In this document: piece by piece, positions 12,051 to 24,050 of the stretch | How positions within the stretch are numbered: position 1 is the stretch's first letter | Layout: every line of letters starts with the position of its first letter | Assembly: GCA_013265495.1 (NCBI GenBank) | Contig: MU059537.1 | Coordinates: forward strand, 1,488,001-1,552,000 | Origin: Vicugna vicugna | Taxonomy: Eukaryota | Reading direction: 5' to 3' | DNA length: 64,000 bases | Notes under the pieces: generated by a model | The model's database searches: none | What the model was told of the DNA's origin: nothing | Seen by the model: the letters and a program-made list of their open reading frames with translations, nothing else | Made by a program: the position numbers and the translations under genes

Positions 12051-12909
12051 CCGGCCAGAGCCGACGAGAGGCCTCGGGGGGAACCGACCCTGCCCACACC
12101 TGCTGCTCAGACTTGCAGCCCCTGCGCTGAGAAACAGTGCATTTCCGCTGTTTCCGTCACGCCCCATTTCGCTCCTTTATTTTGGCAGCCCTGGCGGGCT
12201 AATCCAGAGAGGAAGGAAGGACGTTCAAGAGGAGAGACCCTCCACCAGACGGTGGAGTCCGGGCCTGTCCGCCAGCTCTGGCTCCTCTGTGCAGGGGCTT
12301 CTGTGTCGCCACGGTTACTGAGGGTGTGCCCATCCCCCGCTGAGGGGCTGCCCGCCCTCCTGCCCCCTCCCCTCGTCCGCTGTCCCTCTCAGCCTCCCTG
12401 TATCTGTCCCCTGCAATCGATTCTTTGCAACGGAATGTCGCAGTGAGATGAACCCTTTGTTGAATGTCATCTGACTGGTTTTGATGCCGTGTATCAGCCA
12501 GGAGAAGTCACTTACAATTTCAGCTCTGCTGTCTCTCACGTTGGCTCTCCCCAGAGACCTGTGGTGTCCAAGGAATTGAAACAAACTTCCTTATTCTGTT
12601 CTTATTGAAGTCACTGATTTAAAACAGAAAAACAGTCCCGTGGGAGACAGTGCCAGAGGAGCAGCAGCAGAGAGCCCCGGCCGTGCCTGGGTCCTTGTTC
12701 AGTCTTTCTCCTGGGTCTCCTGGCCATCTCAACACCCCCACCTCTCTTCTCCCCTGCCCTTAAGTGTGGATGTGGCTGGGGTATGATTATGAACCAGCTG
12801 CTTTGTACATTTGTCTCTGTCTCGAGCCCCTCTCCTCTCCTGGTTCTACTTCACCACCCGTGGCTGCTGGTGATTTGGGGGGCTTACTCCTTTGGTCCAG
12901 CTGGTGTCC

Positions 12910-13015
12910 ACCCTGAGTACCTCCTGGCCTTCCTTTTCCTCATCTATAAAACGAGGGCCACACTGATGATGTACACACAGGAGGGTGTTGTGATTAAAGA
13001 AGGTGGTGTGATGGC
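12910..13015 (+). mobile_element. MIR core fragment
   Basis: ccttttcctcatctataaaacgagggcc..acacaggagggtgttgtgattaaaga. Confidence 0.7.
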
Positions 13016-13640
13016 AACCTGGGCAGTTGTACCTGGTCCCCGTAAGCCTTTGCGGTGTGTGCATTCAGCCACCTCCGCCGTCCCCAACCACATGCACGTC
13101 TTTCCCGCCAGACGTCCTGCCCACGTATCTCGCCAGAGCGTGTCATCCAGTCAGAGTCCTTTGGGGTTTAAATAGTGTTACACAGACATACCTGCAGGTA
13201 GACACGTGTACATAGGGGTGTGTGTGCAGTGTTACACAGAGTCATCTCGTGTCGGCTCCTCAGACCTCTCAGGGCTCAGATTTGTCCCTCATAAATGGGG
13301 TTAAGTTGAGCAAAGACGCGAGTGAGGTGACGGATCCCCGGGCACCTCGGAAGAAGACGAGCTGTATACGTCTCATCAACACAGCAGCCCGCGTGCAGGT
13401 GTTCTCCCCCCGTTTCGCAGGCGAGCAGTGGGATGCCCGGTCAGTAATCAAAGAGAAGAATATTCTGCATCCATCTGAGGGCCCGAGGGCCCTGCGTTGT
13501 TGGCTGTCCTGGGCTGTTCCGGCCTGGCTTGCTGTCGGGGCGACACTGGCCTGCTGGGCACCCGTGGGGCGTCATTTGCAGGGACACTGGCACCACAGGA
13601 GTGAGACCCTAGGTTGACAGCACCATTGCTCTCAGGGGTG

Positions 13641-13680
13641 TAATAGTAGTAGTAGTAATGATGATGATGATGATGATAGT
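13641..13680. repeat. (AGT)n/(GAT)n compound trinucleotide repeat
   Basis: taatagtagtagtagtaatgatgatgatgatgatgatagt. Confidence 0.9.
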
Positions 13681-15619
13681 TCCTGCCACCGGGAAGGGGC
13701 TTTCATATTTATTACCTTGTTTAGCCTCCCCAGACAAGCCGGCTTAGCCCGGCAAGGACAGATGGACAATGTAAAGGACTTCCCTGGGCACTTTTTCCGT
13801 GGCCAAGTGGGTGCGCCCTTCGGGAAATGCAGTCAGTACGACAGGGCTGTCAGTGGTGTCTGTAAGTCAGCAGCTGGCACCCCAGCAGCGCACGATCGGG
13901 TGCAGCAGCAGATGGAAGCACCGAGCTCGGTGTGAGCACCAGTCTCCCTGTCGTGCGTCTCCCTCCAGGAGCCTCCCCGCGCCGTCTCTTGCAAGGTGAG
14001 TGCGTGTTGTTGGACACGAGTCTTAAACGCCCTGCCCGAAGTTCCCTGTGGGTCGCAGCAGGGCAGTGAGAAGGTGCAGCCTGAGAGGAGAGCCTTCTGG
14101 AGGAATCCCGCGGGCTCCGATGCAGGGTTTTCGGCGAGCACGGTGGGACAGTGGGCGCTGCCTGCCCGCCTGCCTGGAGGCCTCTCACCATCCTGAGCTA
14201 GCTTGGGGACAGCTGGTGGCATGGGACACGGGGTGCATGAACACGACCCGGGGCGGTGAGAGTGAGGTGACAAGTGGACCAGCCTCAATTCTTCTCAGGC
14301 AGCGAGTCCATCACACGCCTCGGGAGCGCTTTTCTCTGACAGCAGAAAATCTGTTACAAGAGAGAATTGGGGGGAGTAAAGTGGAGTCCAGAACCCAGGT
14401 GTGACAGTCAGTGAAGGTGTGGTTGGTGGCTCTGAGTGGTGACAGGGCAGAGTTGTGGCAGAGGGGCTTGTTTCTGTTCCGGCGGTCCGGGCGTGTTGGT
14501 GTGAGTGATGAGACCTGCCTGCCTCCCGCAGCTGCCTGGGTGCCTCTCTCCTCCCTGCACCCGGGCCCTGGAGGGTGGGCTCCCTGAGGACAGGGCCTTG
14601 GTGCCCTGCTCACTGCTGGCGTGAGCCAGCTCCTGGCACAAAGCAGTACCTCAGCAAACATTTCCTGATGAAGTGAGCGAGCGCAGCTCCCTCCCTTGCT
14701 GCGGAGCGCTCTACACGGGAGGCGGGAGGCTGCCGTGAGGAGCTCCGGCAGCCCGGCCAGGGCCCCGGCACTGGGAGCCCGCTGTGAGTGTCCCAGTCTG
14801 GTGGCCTGGGCGCTGACTCCATATACTTGTCCCTGTACCTGTCCTAGCCTCAGTGTCCTCTTCTGTCAGTGAGCTCTCTGTGGCTTGAGAATTCAGTGAA
14901 ATAATATATATAAAATGCTTTTTAAAACCAGGAGGCGTTGTTGGTGATTGAGCTGTGTCTGTCTGTCTCATCAGTCATTGTAATTACGCTCATTTAGGAC
15001 AGAGCCCAAGAGTGATGTTCACATTTAAGATAAAAATAACTCTGATAATGTTAGTATATTCTGATTTATTCTTTGATTTCCCATCTTCCTGCCATGAAGT
15101 TATCCAGCTATAAATAAATATTATGACTCTTATGACAAAGGAATTGAAGCAGTGCTGTTTTCTGACACAGCCAACTTCTCTTGACAGTGTTAGCCTGTGC
15201 AGCTCCGTGTCTCCTCTGATTATTGGCCACGCCTGGCTGTCTCGTGCCTAGAATAAGACATCATCCAAGAAGTGGACATATTTCTGAGATGTGAACATCT
15301 GCATGTGTGCTGAGAGTCTGTGTACACTCTCTGTGTGTACAGGGAGTGAGAGGCACGTGGCATTGCGGTGGCACAGGGGGCGGGTCCTGATGTAGGATGT
15401 TCATGCCAGTGGGTTTTCTGCTGAAGTTCGTAATGATGTGGGTAGTGAGTGGTCCAGCGTAGCAGGGTAGAGCAAAACGTGGGACCAGAAAAGGGAGAAG
15501 CGGCAGTCATACAGGAAGAAAAGAAGAGATGGATGCCTGAATAGAGATGGAAGGAACCTAGTCTTTACCAAGCACCTGTGATTTCACACACCTGACTGCT
15601 TTCAGTTACCAGAATTGCC

Positions 15620-15750
15620 CTGCAAAACCAGGGCTCTTACCCCCAGTTTTTTTTCCTATAAGAAAACTGAGCCTCGTAGATACTAAGTAACTTGCGCAAG
15701 GCTGTAGAGTTTATTAATGACAGGGTAAGTGGTTTCAGAGCCTGCTGCCT
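15620..15750 (-). mobile_element. MIR SINE fragment
   Basis: ataagaaaactgagcctcgtagatactaagtaacttgcgcaaggct. Confidence 0.7.
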
Positions 15751-16629
15751 GAGAAAATATAAGGAGCTGATTAGTTATTATTCATTATAAGAGGCACAGT
15801 AATTTAGGAGAGAGGCTGGCAAGAACCATGTTATTAAGGTGGAAGTAACATTTAAAAGCTGAAATTGATGATAAAATGTCATAGTGTTGCTCTTTAAAAA
15901 ATAGCTTTAAATAGAGTTGGTTTCTAGGGATATGCCTTTTGAATGGGTGGGCTTACATTGGCTTGAGTATAACCTGAGGGGAGAACTGTGTCTGTGTAAA
16001 CATCGCATGCACCCCGCAGCCCCCTGTACATGTGTACACTGTACCTGTTGACACATATTCCTGGGGGCTGAGGGTAGACTTCAGTTCCTTACCAAACCCT
16101 TGGAATCTGCTCTGATGGGAGTGGCAGACGGGTACCTGCTGTGGCAGCTGGCACACGTCTCAGTGGCCCCACATCTGCCTCCTGCATGTGCTGCGCTGTG
16201 TGACATGTTTCCAGAGGAGGCAGAGGAGGCATTGAGAAAGTCCAGCATGCGTAAGAGTTGACTAGCTGGTGAAGAATTTACTAAATATATCCTCATAAAT
16301 TCCTTAAATATGTAGCATTTCTTGTTTTCTTGAAGAGAGTTGGTTTTGAAAATTCAGCTAGTGTATTAAACATTCAGCAATTTGTTAATTGGAACGAATC
16401 AACTCTACTATATGCCAGGTATTCTGCTAGGGCCTCTGACAGGCATTGTCCCATAAGGGAGTAAGTACTGAATTTAGGCAAAGGTTTAGCTACGGAGAGA
16501 CGGTGAGGAGGGACTCATAGGCGGGGAACTGGGGTGGAATTCCAGGCCTCAGCAGATTCTGCTTTGATTTGTTCTTGCCAGAAAAACAGCTTAGGCAGTA
16601 ACAGGAAAAAAAAAAAAAGAGAGGGAGAG

Positions 16630-18330
16630 AGAGAAACCCAAAATACCTCTGTGAGTTAAAATGTGAACATTTTTTGAAATATAAATAAAATAAAAAATAT
16701 GAAACAACTGGATTCTGGGTCCAAAAGTTGCATTAGTGACTAAATTTTAGCACAATGCAAAAGACAAAAGCAAAAACAAAAAAACTCCAAAATCCTGAAA
16801 TAGAATGTAAGCAAATCAAGTTCTGCTGGGCGTAAAAGGAAGAAAATGCATGGCCAAGTAGACTTTACCTTAGAAATGCAAGGATGTCAGAAAATCTGTT
16901 ACATATCATACTAGCATATTAATTGAGGGAAAAGCAATTTAAATAGATACAGAAGATTCAATAAAATTCAACGTACATTAATTGTAGCAGCTCTTAGTAA
17001 ACTAAAACTTCAAGGGAGCATTGTTAGCTTAATGAAAGGTGTCAATGAGAAATCATGAAATGTCGCACTTACCGACAAAACTTTTAGCACATTAGCTTTT
17101 CAGTCAGGAGCGAGACAAGGCTCAAAATCGCCCCAGTTCTAGCTAATGCAATAGGAAGAGATAAAAACATGAGAAATACATGAATCAGAATGGAAGAAAC
17201 AAACCCATCTTTATTTGCGGATGATCAGATCATTTGTTGGGAAAATTCAAGGGAACCTATAGACACCTATTAGAATTGGTGAGAGGATTCAGTAAGCTTT
17301 CTCGATTCAGGATAAAAAATTAATAGCATGTCTCCATACTAACAAAAACAGTTAGAAAATACAATTTAAAATATTCACATTCACAGTAGCCACAGGTACC
17401 ATAAGGTACTTTGAAAAAGAACCTCAGTGTAAGTCCCTTATGAAGGATATTACAAAGCGTAAACGTAGATGTGATGGAATCGCCAAGTCTGTACCATGTT
17501 CATGGATGGGAAACCTCAGTATTGTGAAGACGTCAAGTTACTCCTAGTTTAATCTGTGAATTCTGTAGCATTCCTAGTAAAATTCCAACTGGAGTTTTAA
17601 CTCGACCTGACAGGCTCATCTTAGAATTCCCACGGGAGAAGAGCGAGCCGGGAAGGAGCAGCCGAGACAGGCTGAGGAGGGACGTGGCTGGGGTGAGGGC
17701 GCTTGCCCCGTGAGACACTAAGGCCTGTACCAAACAAGGGCAGTTACAACAGTCTGGTGACTGTACCGGGACAGCAGACACGTGTTGTAAAAGTAATTAG
17801 AAAGGCCCAAGTCAGATCCACAGGCGTCGGGAACGGTGACGCGCCTGGTTTCGTTAATTCTAAGAAGCCTTTGTTTTCTCTCTCAAAACAAATTCACCTT
17901 GGAATCTATGATGCTTTATAATTGTCGTCAGCCAGGTGGCAGACCTAACATAGTTTTATAAAAACGTTCTGATGAGAGCGTTGGAGCTGATGGAATGTGG
18001 AACAACAGGCAGGCACCGTGAATCAGTGGGGGAAAGTCGTGAATGACGCTGGAACATTTGGTCATATGTGTGGAGAAAAAGGAATTGGAATCTGATAAAC
18101 AAAATTAGTATCAGGTAGGATGAAGACGCGAGGAAAAAGCAACATGAATGCAGTTCTTGGAGGTACTGCAGGAGACTCCTCAGCACCTTTGCGGGAGGGA
18201 AGGGTTTCTTGGGCTTGGCCTATAAAGGAGAAGACTGACCAGTTTGATTACATCAAACTTATACAGAATTCTGCAGAGAAGACAGTGAACAAAATGTAAA
18301 GCTAAGTCCTGTGTGCAGCACACGTTCTGC
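16630..18330 (+). mobile_element. Old L1 (L1M/ME-type) ORF2 region, degenerate
   Basis: RT catalytic motif ttatttgcggatgatcagatc (L-F-A-D-D-Q-I) at 17211-17231; also ggagcgagacaaggct, ccatgttcatggatgggaaacctcagtattgtgaagacg and gctggaacatttggtcatatgtgtgg. Many stops and frameshifts. Confidence 0.9.
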
Positions 18331-18789
18331 GTCTCTCGGTGTATACGACGTATCCCAAGCAACGACAGGGTTGAACAGACAGGGAGAGAGTCCACAGGAA
18401 GGGAGAGGTGACCAGCACTCACCACCGCCCGGGGCTGGGCTCTAGACTGGACGGGGGCACTTCATGGAGGCTGAGTCAGTAAGAAATTAGAGAAATGGGC
18501 GGCGGGGGCAGCCGGCCCTTCCGAGAAGAGGAAGCCTGAGCTGGTGCGGGTCCTGCCTCTGGTGCCCCGGTGGCCTCGCTCGCTTGCCCGCCCGATGCCC
18601 GGGCCCCAGCCCCGGGGGGACGTGTTGTGGCTGATGCGCCTGTCGGTACTGACCAGGGAGATGCATCAGTGGTCGCTCCCTCGTTCTCTCCCCTGCCATC
18701 TTGCTTCACTGTTCTCCATACGGTTAGGACCCCCCGACATTCCATTCATCATATCTTATTTCTGTCCACAGCCTGTTCCTTGAAAAGGC

Positions 18790-18910
18790 CACTGATTTGT
18801 CTGTCTGTTCACTGTGTGTCTTCAGTGTGTTTAGCGCAATGCTTGGCGTATGACAGTTTAAATTTCTGTTGGGTGAGCAACTGGATGGACAGATGTATGG
18901 CTGGATGGGA
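18790..18910 (+). mobile_element. L2 3' end
   Basis: ctgttcactgtgtgtcttcagtgtgtttagcgcaatgcttggcgtatgacag followed by a tggatgga tail. Confidence 0.75.
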
Positions 18911-18914
18911 CAAT

Positions 18915-19610
18915 GTAGTTTCACATTTGTAAAATGTACCCATCAGATTGGGAAAACGAAACAAAAATCTTTAATCCCAGAAATGGCAAGGATGTAGCAA
19001 AACAGGAACTCTCCCTGTGGTGGTGGCTGAAGTGTAAACCCATGCAGCCATTCGGCCCTTGTAGTAAAGGTGAGGCTGTGTGCATTTCGACCTGTTGCCC
19101 CCACTTCTTGGATGACACAGCAGAGAAGCTCTTTAACAAGGAGGCAAGTGCGGGGTTCCCTGTGCTGCTGTGGGAGTAGTGAAAGTTAGAAACAGCCCAA
19201 ATGTGCGTTGATAGGGGCTCTTAGATACAATATGTTAAATTCATATATTGAAATACCACACAGTAGTTACAATGACTGGACTAAGTCTACATTTATCTGC
19301 GTGGTGAAATCTTGAAACGATCATATATTGAGCGAAAACAGTGAGTTTCAGAATAAAGAGATGAGTATGATTACATTTCCGTCACGTTTGAAGACGTGCA
19401 GAAAATAATATAATATTTGCATACATGTCACAAGGTTATAAAATACATGCCAACAACAGACACAAACTTACAGGTCGTGGTTACTTCTGAGAAGGGAGGC
19501 AGGAGCCCTGAGGCCTCCGCCTGTAAGTAAATATGACAAAATGTGAAGATTTCTTGCAGTCTCATGGGTTTGAGTCCGTAGATGAGGACTGTAAAGTGTA
19601 CATGGTACCC
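18915..19610 (+). mobile_element. L1ME-like 3' region, continuing the 16.6-18.3 kb L1
   Basis: acccatcagattgggaaaa, tggcaaggatgtagcaaaacaggaactctc, gaaacagcccaaatgtgcgttgatagggg, gtggttacttctgagaaggg. Confidence 0.8.
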
Positions 19611-19647
19611 CTCGGCTCATGGATTCTTCACATCTTGCTGGATTGCT

Positions 19648-19663
19648 GGCCGGCCGGCCGGCC
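19648..19663. repeat. (GGCC)4 palindromic tetranucleotide repeat
   Basis: ggccggccggccggcc read directly. Confidence 0.95.
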
Positions 19664-21169
19664 TTCCAGTGAAGCCAGACGTTGAAGACACAGCCGAGCT
19701 GGTACCGCTGGTCTGATTCCCCGTCGTCCTCCCCACCACGTGGCCGGCTTAGCCACTGCTTTGAGTCTGGCGCTTGTCGTGCCGACGCCTGTTGGGTTGG
19801 CTGTTTGTAGTTTGTTCTGCAGGTTGGTTGGGATGGAGGGGTGTGTCTGGAAGTGTGTGGGTGAAACACGCCCGCAGACACACGTGTTCCCACCAGACTC
19901 AACCACGGCTTCAAGGGGAGCACTCGGTCCCACACTCCCCTCTGATTGCTTTGGTGAGTGGGTTTGGTTTTGAGGTTTTAGAAGACTTTCTCCTTTAATC
20001 TTTTCTCTTTCCCCTTAGAATTCCTCTGTAAAAAGGAAAGTGACCAGAGCTCACTGTATTTTCTGCCCCAGTGGGGGAGGTTGAAGGGATTTTAAGGTCC
20101 TTCTGTTTTTATAGAGGACCAGACACGGGCAGAAGTTACACAGAAACTGGAGACATCCCTCTTGCTCTGAGGGCTGGCGGTGGGATGCGAAAGCTGGCGC
20201 CCCTGGCGCTCAGGGTCCCAGCGGGAAGAAGCGGGCAGGTGGTGTTTGTCATGGGTGAGGCTCCCAGCAGGTGACAGTGGTGGGAGCTGCCAGCGCCTCT
20301 AGGCCTATAGGGGGACGAGGGGACCATGTGGCACTACCAGAGCCTCTGAGAGCTGCAGCTGTGGACGTGTGGCCAGGCTGGGCTCTGGGCCCGGGAGGAC
20401 CCAGCCCTGCCGAGCTGGGGAGGTTGGGTACCCTGCCTCCCTCCCGCCACCCTTGAGTCTCCTGCTGTTCCTCCTTTGGCTGAGTCCAGCCGGGGAGCAG
20501 GGCCCGAGGGGTACAGCCCAGGCTGCAGGGCAGCCAGGTAGATGGGGCCAAGGGTGGGAAGGCACGTCCAGCACTCTCTGTGCTGCTTCCCCGCAGTGGA
20601 TCTTCACACCTCTGTGGGGTCCATCCTCTGTCTCCTTCCGACAGGGGAGGTGGAGGCTTATGCATAGGGAGGTGAAACCTGCCATTCGGAGAGTCCTGAC
20701 GTCGGCCCCCATTTGCTGAGGGACTCGGAGTGTGGGGCTCCCTGCTCCTGAGCTCCGCCGTGGGGCCTGAGTTGCTCTTTGAGGAGAGTGGTGTGTGTCG
20801 GCGCTGCCTGTTTCTGTAATCTTTTCCTGGCCATACACGTCTGCGGCACGTGTCATGTATTGCTGTGGCTAGAAGACTGCCCCATCTCTTTTCTCTGATG
20901 GGATGCTTGAGGAATTGTGATGGATGGGAGCAGAGAGGAGGCCCCACACCTGGGCCAGAGGCTGCCAGGGTGGAGGTGTCATTCTCTACTCATGTCCCAG
21001 GGCCCAGGACAGGGCTGTGGTCACTCATTCACTTGCCCCAGTAGCAGCTGCTTCAGCACTGGGCACCATACTACCTGGATGCGTACGTGGGGTGACGTGG
21101 TCCCTGCCTTCCAGGGGGTATAGTCCGTGGGAATAGGAAAGAGAGTGAGAGACATTGTGGGAAACTGGT

Positions 21170-21365
21170 ATGTTTTGTGCTACCAGGTGCTGGGCATCTT
21201 TTTTTTGACTCTGATTTATTCTTAATTCTCTGATTTAGGCATTGCATGATCCCTCTTTATAGTGGAGAAGTGAAGGTTTGGAGAGGTTGATTTATTTAAG
21301 CAACTAAACTAATAATGTGGCCAAGCTGAAATTCAAGCCCACAGCTCTCCGACTCTAAGCCTCTT
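21170..21365 (-). mobile_element. MIR SINE
   Basis: ctctttatagtggagaagtgaaggtttggagaggtt..gtggccaagctgaaattcaagcccacagctctccgactct. Confidence 0.8.
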
Positions 21366-21843
21366 GCTTGTGTCTGGAAGACAAGCTATATTTTAGGAGC
21401 AATGTGGATAAGATGTCCCTCCAGGTAGAAGTAGCAGAAATAGGAGAAGCCTGCACAGAAGTGGCCTCTGAACTTGGTGTGAAGCAAGGGCGAGGATGGG
21501 ACACCCCTTCTTGGGAGCCGCTGTTCGCCTGGCCCATCCTCCTCCACGCGGGCTCATTGTAGGAACCGCCTTCCCAGTGAGTGTGACCTGCGGGGCGCTA
21601 GGGCGGTGGTTTGGAACAAGGGTGGAAGCTGGACCCCCTTTCTGTGTTGGGGGCTCCTTTTTGGAATGTTAGAGTGAGAGAGGAAGGTCATGAGATGTCA
21701 CGGTCTGTTGTGTTCCTCCAGTGTTCACTTCTTGGCACTTGGAAAGAAGAAAATTAAAAACCATTCTGTACGCGTGTGAATATGTGCACGAGATGCAGTG
21801 TTTCTGAGGACACGTCTTCAAATGCAATCGTGCGGAGCTATTT

Positions 21844-22008
21844 NNNNNNNNNNNNNNNNNNNNNNNNNNNNNNNNNNNNNNNNNNNNNNNNNNNNNNNNN
21901 NNNNNNNNNNNNNNNNNNNNNNNNNNNNNNNNNNNNNNNNNNNNNNNNNNNNNNNNNNNNNNNNNNNNNNNNNNNNNNNNNNNNNNNNNNNNNNNNNNNN
22001 NNNNNNNG
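21844..22008. other. Assembly gap (165 N)
   Basis: Run of N from 21844 to 22008. Confidence 0.99.
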
Positions 22009-23759
22009 AGTCTGTCGGTGGTATTCTTTGTTCCCCCAGGGCGCTCAGGAGCATCTGAATGCATACATGTACTCTGAAGTGGAAACAAAAGTGGAGTGCA
22101 TTTTAGGCTTAAATAGTGAATAACTCCATAAATGACTAGGCAGCACGAGTGATTAATATTAGTAGAGGCTCCTCCCTTGCTCTTAAAAAAAAAAGCAAGA
22201 CAAAACGATAAAGTTAGCTTTGTAGCCACTGCTGAGCCCTGAAGTGCTACAATCATCTTTTAAGTCTGAATAGAGACACCTGAGGAGAAAGAAGACTCAG
22301 CCCCTTAAGATACATCGTTCCTGCTTCACTGCATGTGGTTTCTCTAACTTTGCAACTTGGTGGTTTAAAAATGCAAGCTGCTCTTTATTAATATTCATTC
22401 ATTACCTAGAATGCCAGGGCAACAAGCTCTGAAACTGGCTTCTCTTGGGATGCAAGTTCATTCCTGATGTATCTTGGAGGACTCATCGGTCACTGGGTTC
22501 AGAGTGAATAGAGGTGTAATCCAATAAGCAAACTTACTCCCCCGCTTGTAACGAACCCCCTGTGTGTGTTGGAAGTGGGGTTCTCCTGCCCCCCAGGGGC
22601 TTGGAGTAAACAGTGAACTACTCTTGAGTGAAGCACACCATCCCTGGAACAGAAGGAGCAGAAACGCTTTCTAGAAACGTAGGGGAGGTGCCACTTGGGC
22701 TGGTGCTCCAGGACTGTGATGAGCCTAGGTGGGGAGGAAGTACGGCTGGGAGAGAACCCGTGGCAGTGCACGGCCTGCTGGGCCGTGATTGTAGCATGAA
22801 CACATCTTGGAAAGGGGTTGAACGAAGAGGGTGGGGCTGGAAGGGAACCACAGGGCTTGACGGAGGGAGGCAGAGAGAGCCATGCTGAGGGGTCTCTGTT
22901 AACTGAGGAACCACCCAAGGTTTTTGAGGAGAAGGGTTGACCTGGCCTGGCCCCTGTCGTACGGAGACAGGACAGTGTGTCTGGATGCTGGAGGCAGAAA
23001 GACAGTGGAATATGAGGTGTTGCTGGGGTGTAAGAGCGTTGTTTGTTGAAGTGGGCTGTCTGTCATTCAGTGGTTGACGAGTCTGCAAGAGACGTTTTTA
23101 TGCTCCTGTTGAACACCCGGCGTCCTGTGGGGAGCCAGGAGTTAAGCAGACAGGCACACTCGCACTGGTAGGCAAATATAGGTGATTGTCCGTATTTAGA
23201 GCTCATGACTTCACTGGAAGACATGCATCTGTGGAGGGAACAGTCAGGCTGAGCCAGGTAAAGGTGAAATAAAATGCAGACGCCTGGGATGAGTGTGTGA
23301 GGGTCTAGCGAGAGGGTCACTGCTGGGAGCTGGGGTGTCTGGTCCGAGTCCCGCTCTTTGGCTTTAGTTTCCTTTTGTAAAATGAAGGGGAGAACAGTTC
23401 CGGGTTCAGATCCATCTGAGACTATGAGCCTGCTTCCGGGAAGTCCTCTGGATTCTGTCCCTCGGTGCCCACCTCCTGGCCTGCCCGGTGCAGAGCGGGT
23501 GACTGGTCCCCGCACACGAGCACCGCCTTGTGGTGCTGCTGCCTCGGGGTGTGGTCTTTATCTTTTGTGTTCCCTCCCCCACCCCCCTTCCTCTTCCGCC
23601 CCCAACATCAGACTTCAAGTTCTTCAACGGCAGGAAATGACCTTAGGTACATGTGTTCCCATTCCTACAGTGGAACTCCACTTATAACAGATACCAGGAG
23701 TGTTGAATGAATGAACAAATGAAAATAAAACTAAGACATAAAGGTTTTTTGGTGGAGTG

Positions 23760-24050
23760 GGTTTTAAAAAGTTTATTGGGAACTATTTGAGGTATACCAA
23801 AAAGGTATAAAGAACAATATATTGATTGATTGTGTACCTACCATCCAGCTTAAGGGGTGGATTCTTTTGATGCCTTTGAAGTGTGGATGAGCACCCAACC
23901 AGAGCCTCCCCCTCTCCACGGAGGAGAACCACGGACCCCCAGTTGGTGGTTTCTCGCTCCCATGCGCTTCTCTGTACTTTCACTAAAGAAGCACCACTCG
24001 TTTAACAGTAATATTGATACACCTATTTTAACCTTTTTATAAATTGAATT
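23760..24050 (-). mobile_element. L1ME-like 3' end fragment
   Basis: gtataccaaaaaggtataaagaac..tgtacctaccatccagcttaag..ggagaaccac..cccatgcgcttctctgtactttcacta. Confidence 0.65.

Noticed and set aside
16630-18330. Active reverse transcriptase or retroelement system (LFADD motif)
   Set aside because: Ordinary dead L1 ORF2 with numerous stops and frameshifts; no long ORF.
9739-20277. CTCF-like motifs CCAGCAGGGGGAGA (9739-9752) and CCAGCAGGTGACAG (20264-20277)
   Set aside because: Partial matches of this quality are expected by chance in GC-rich DNA; cannot be called without a PWM or ChIP data.
21669-22256. ORFs spanning the N gap
   Set aside because: They are open only because N codons translate as X.
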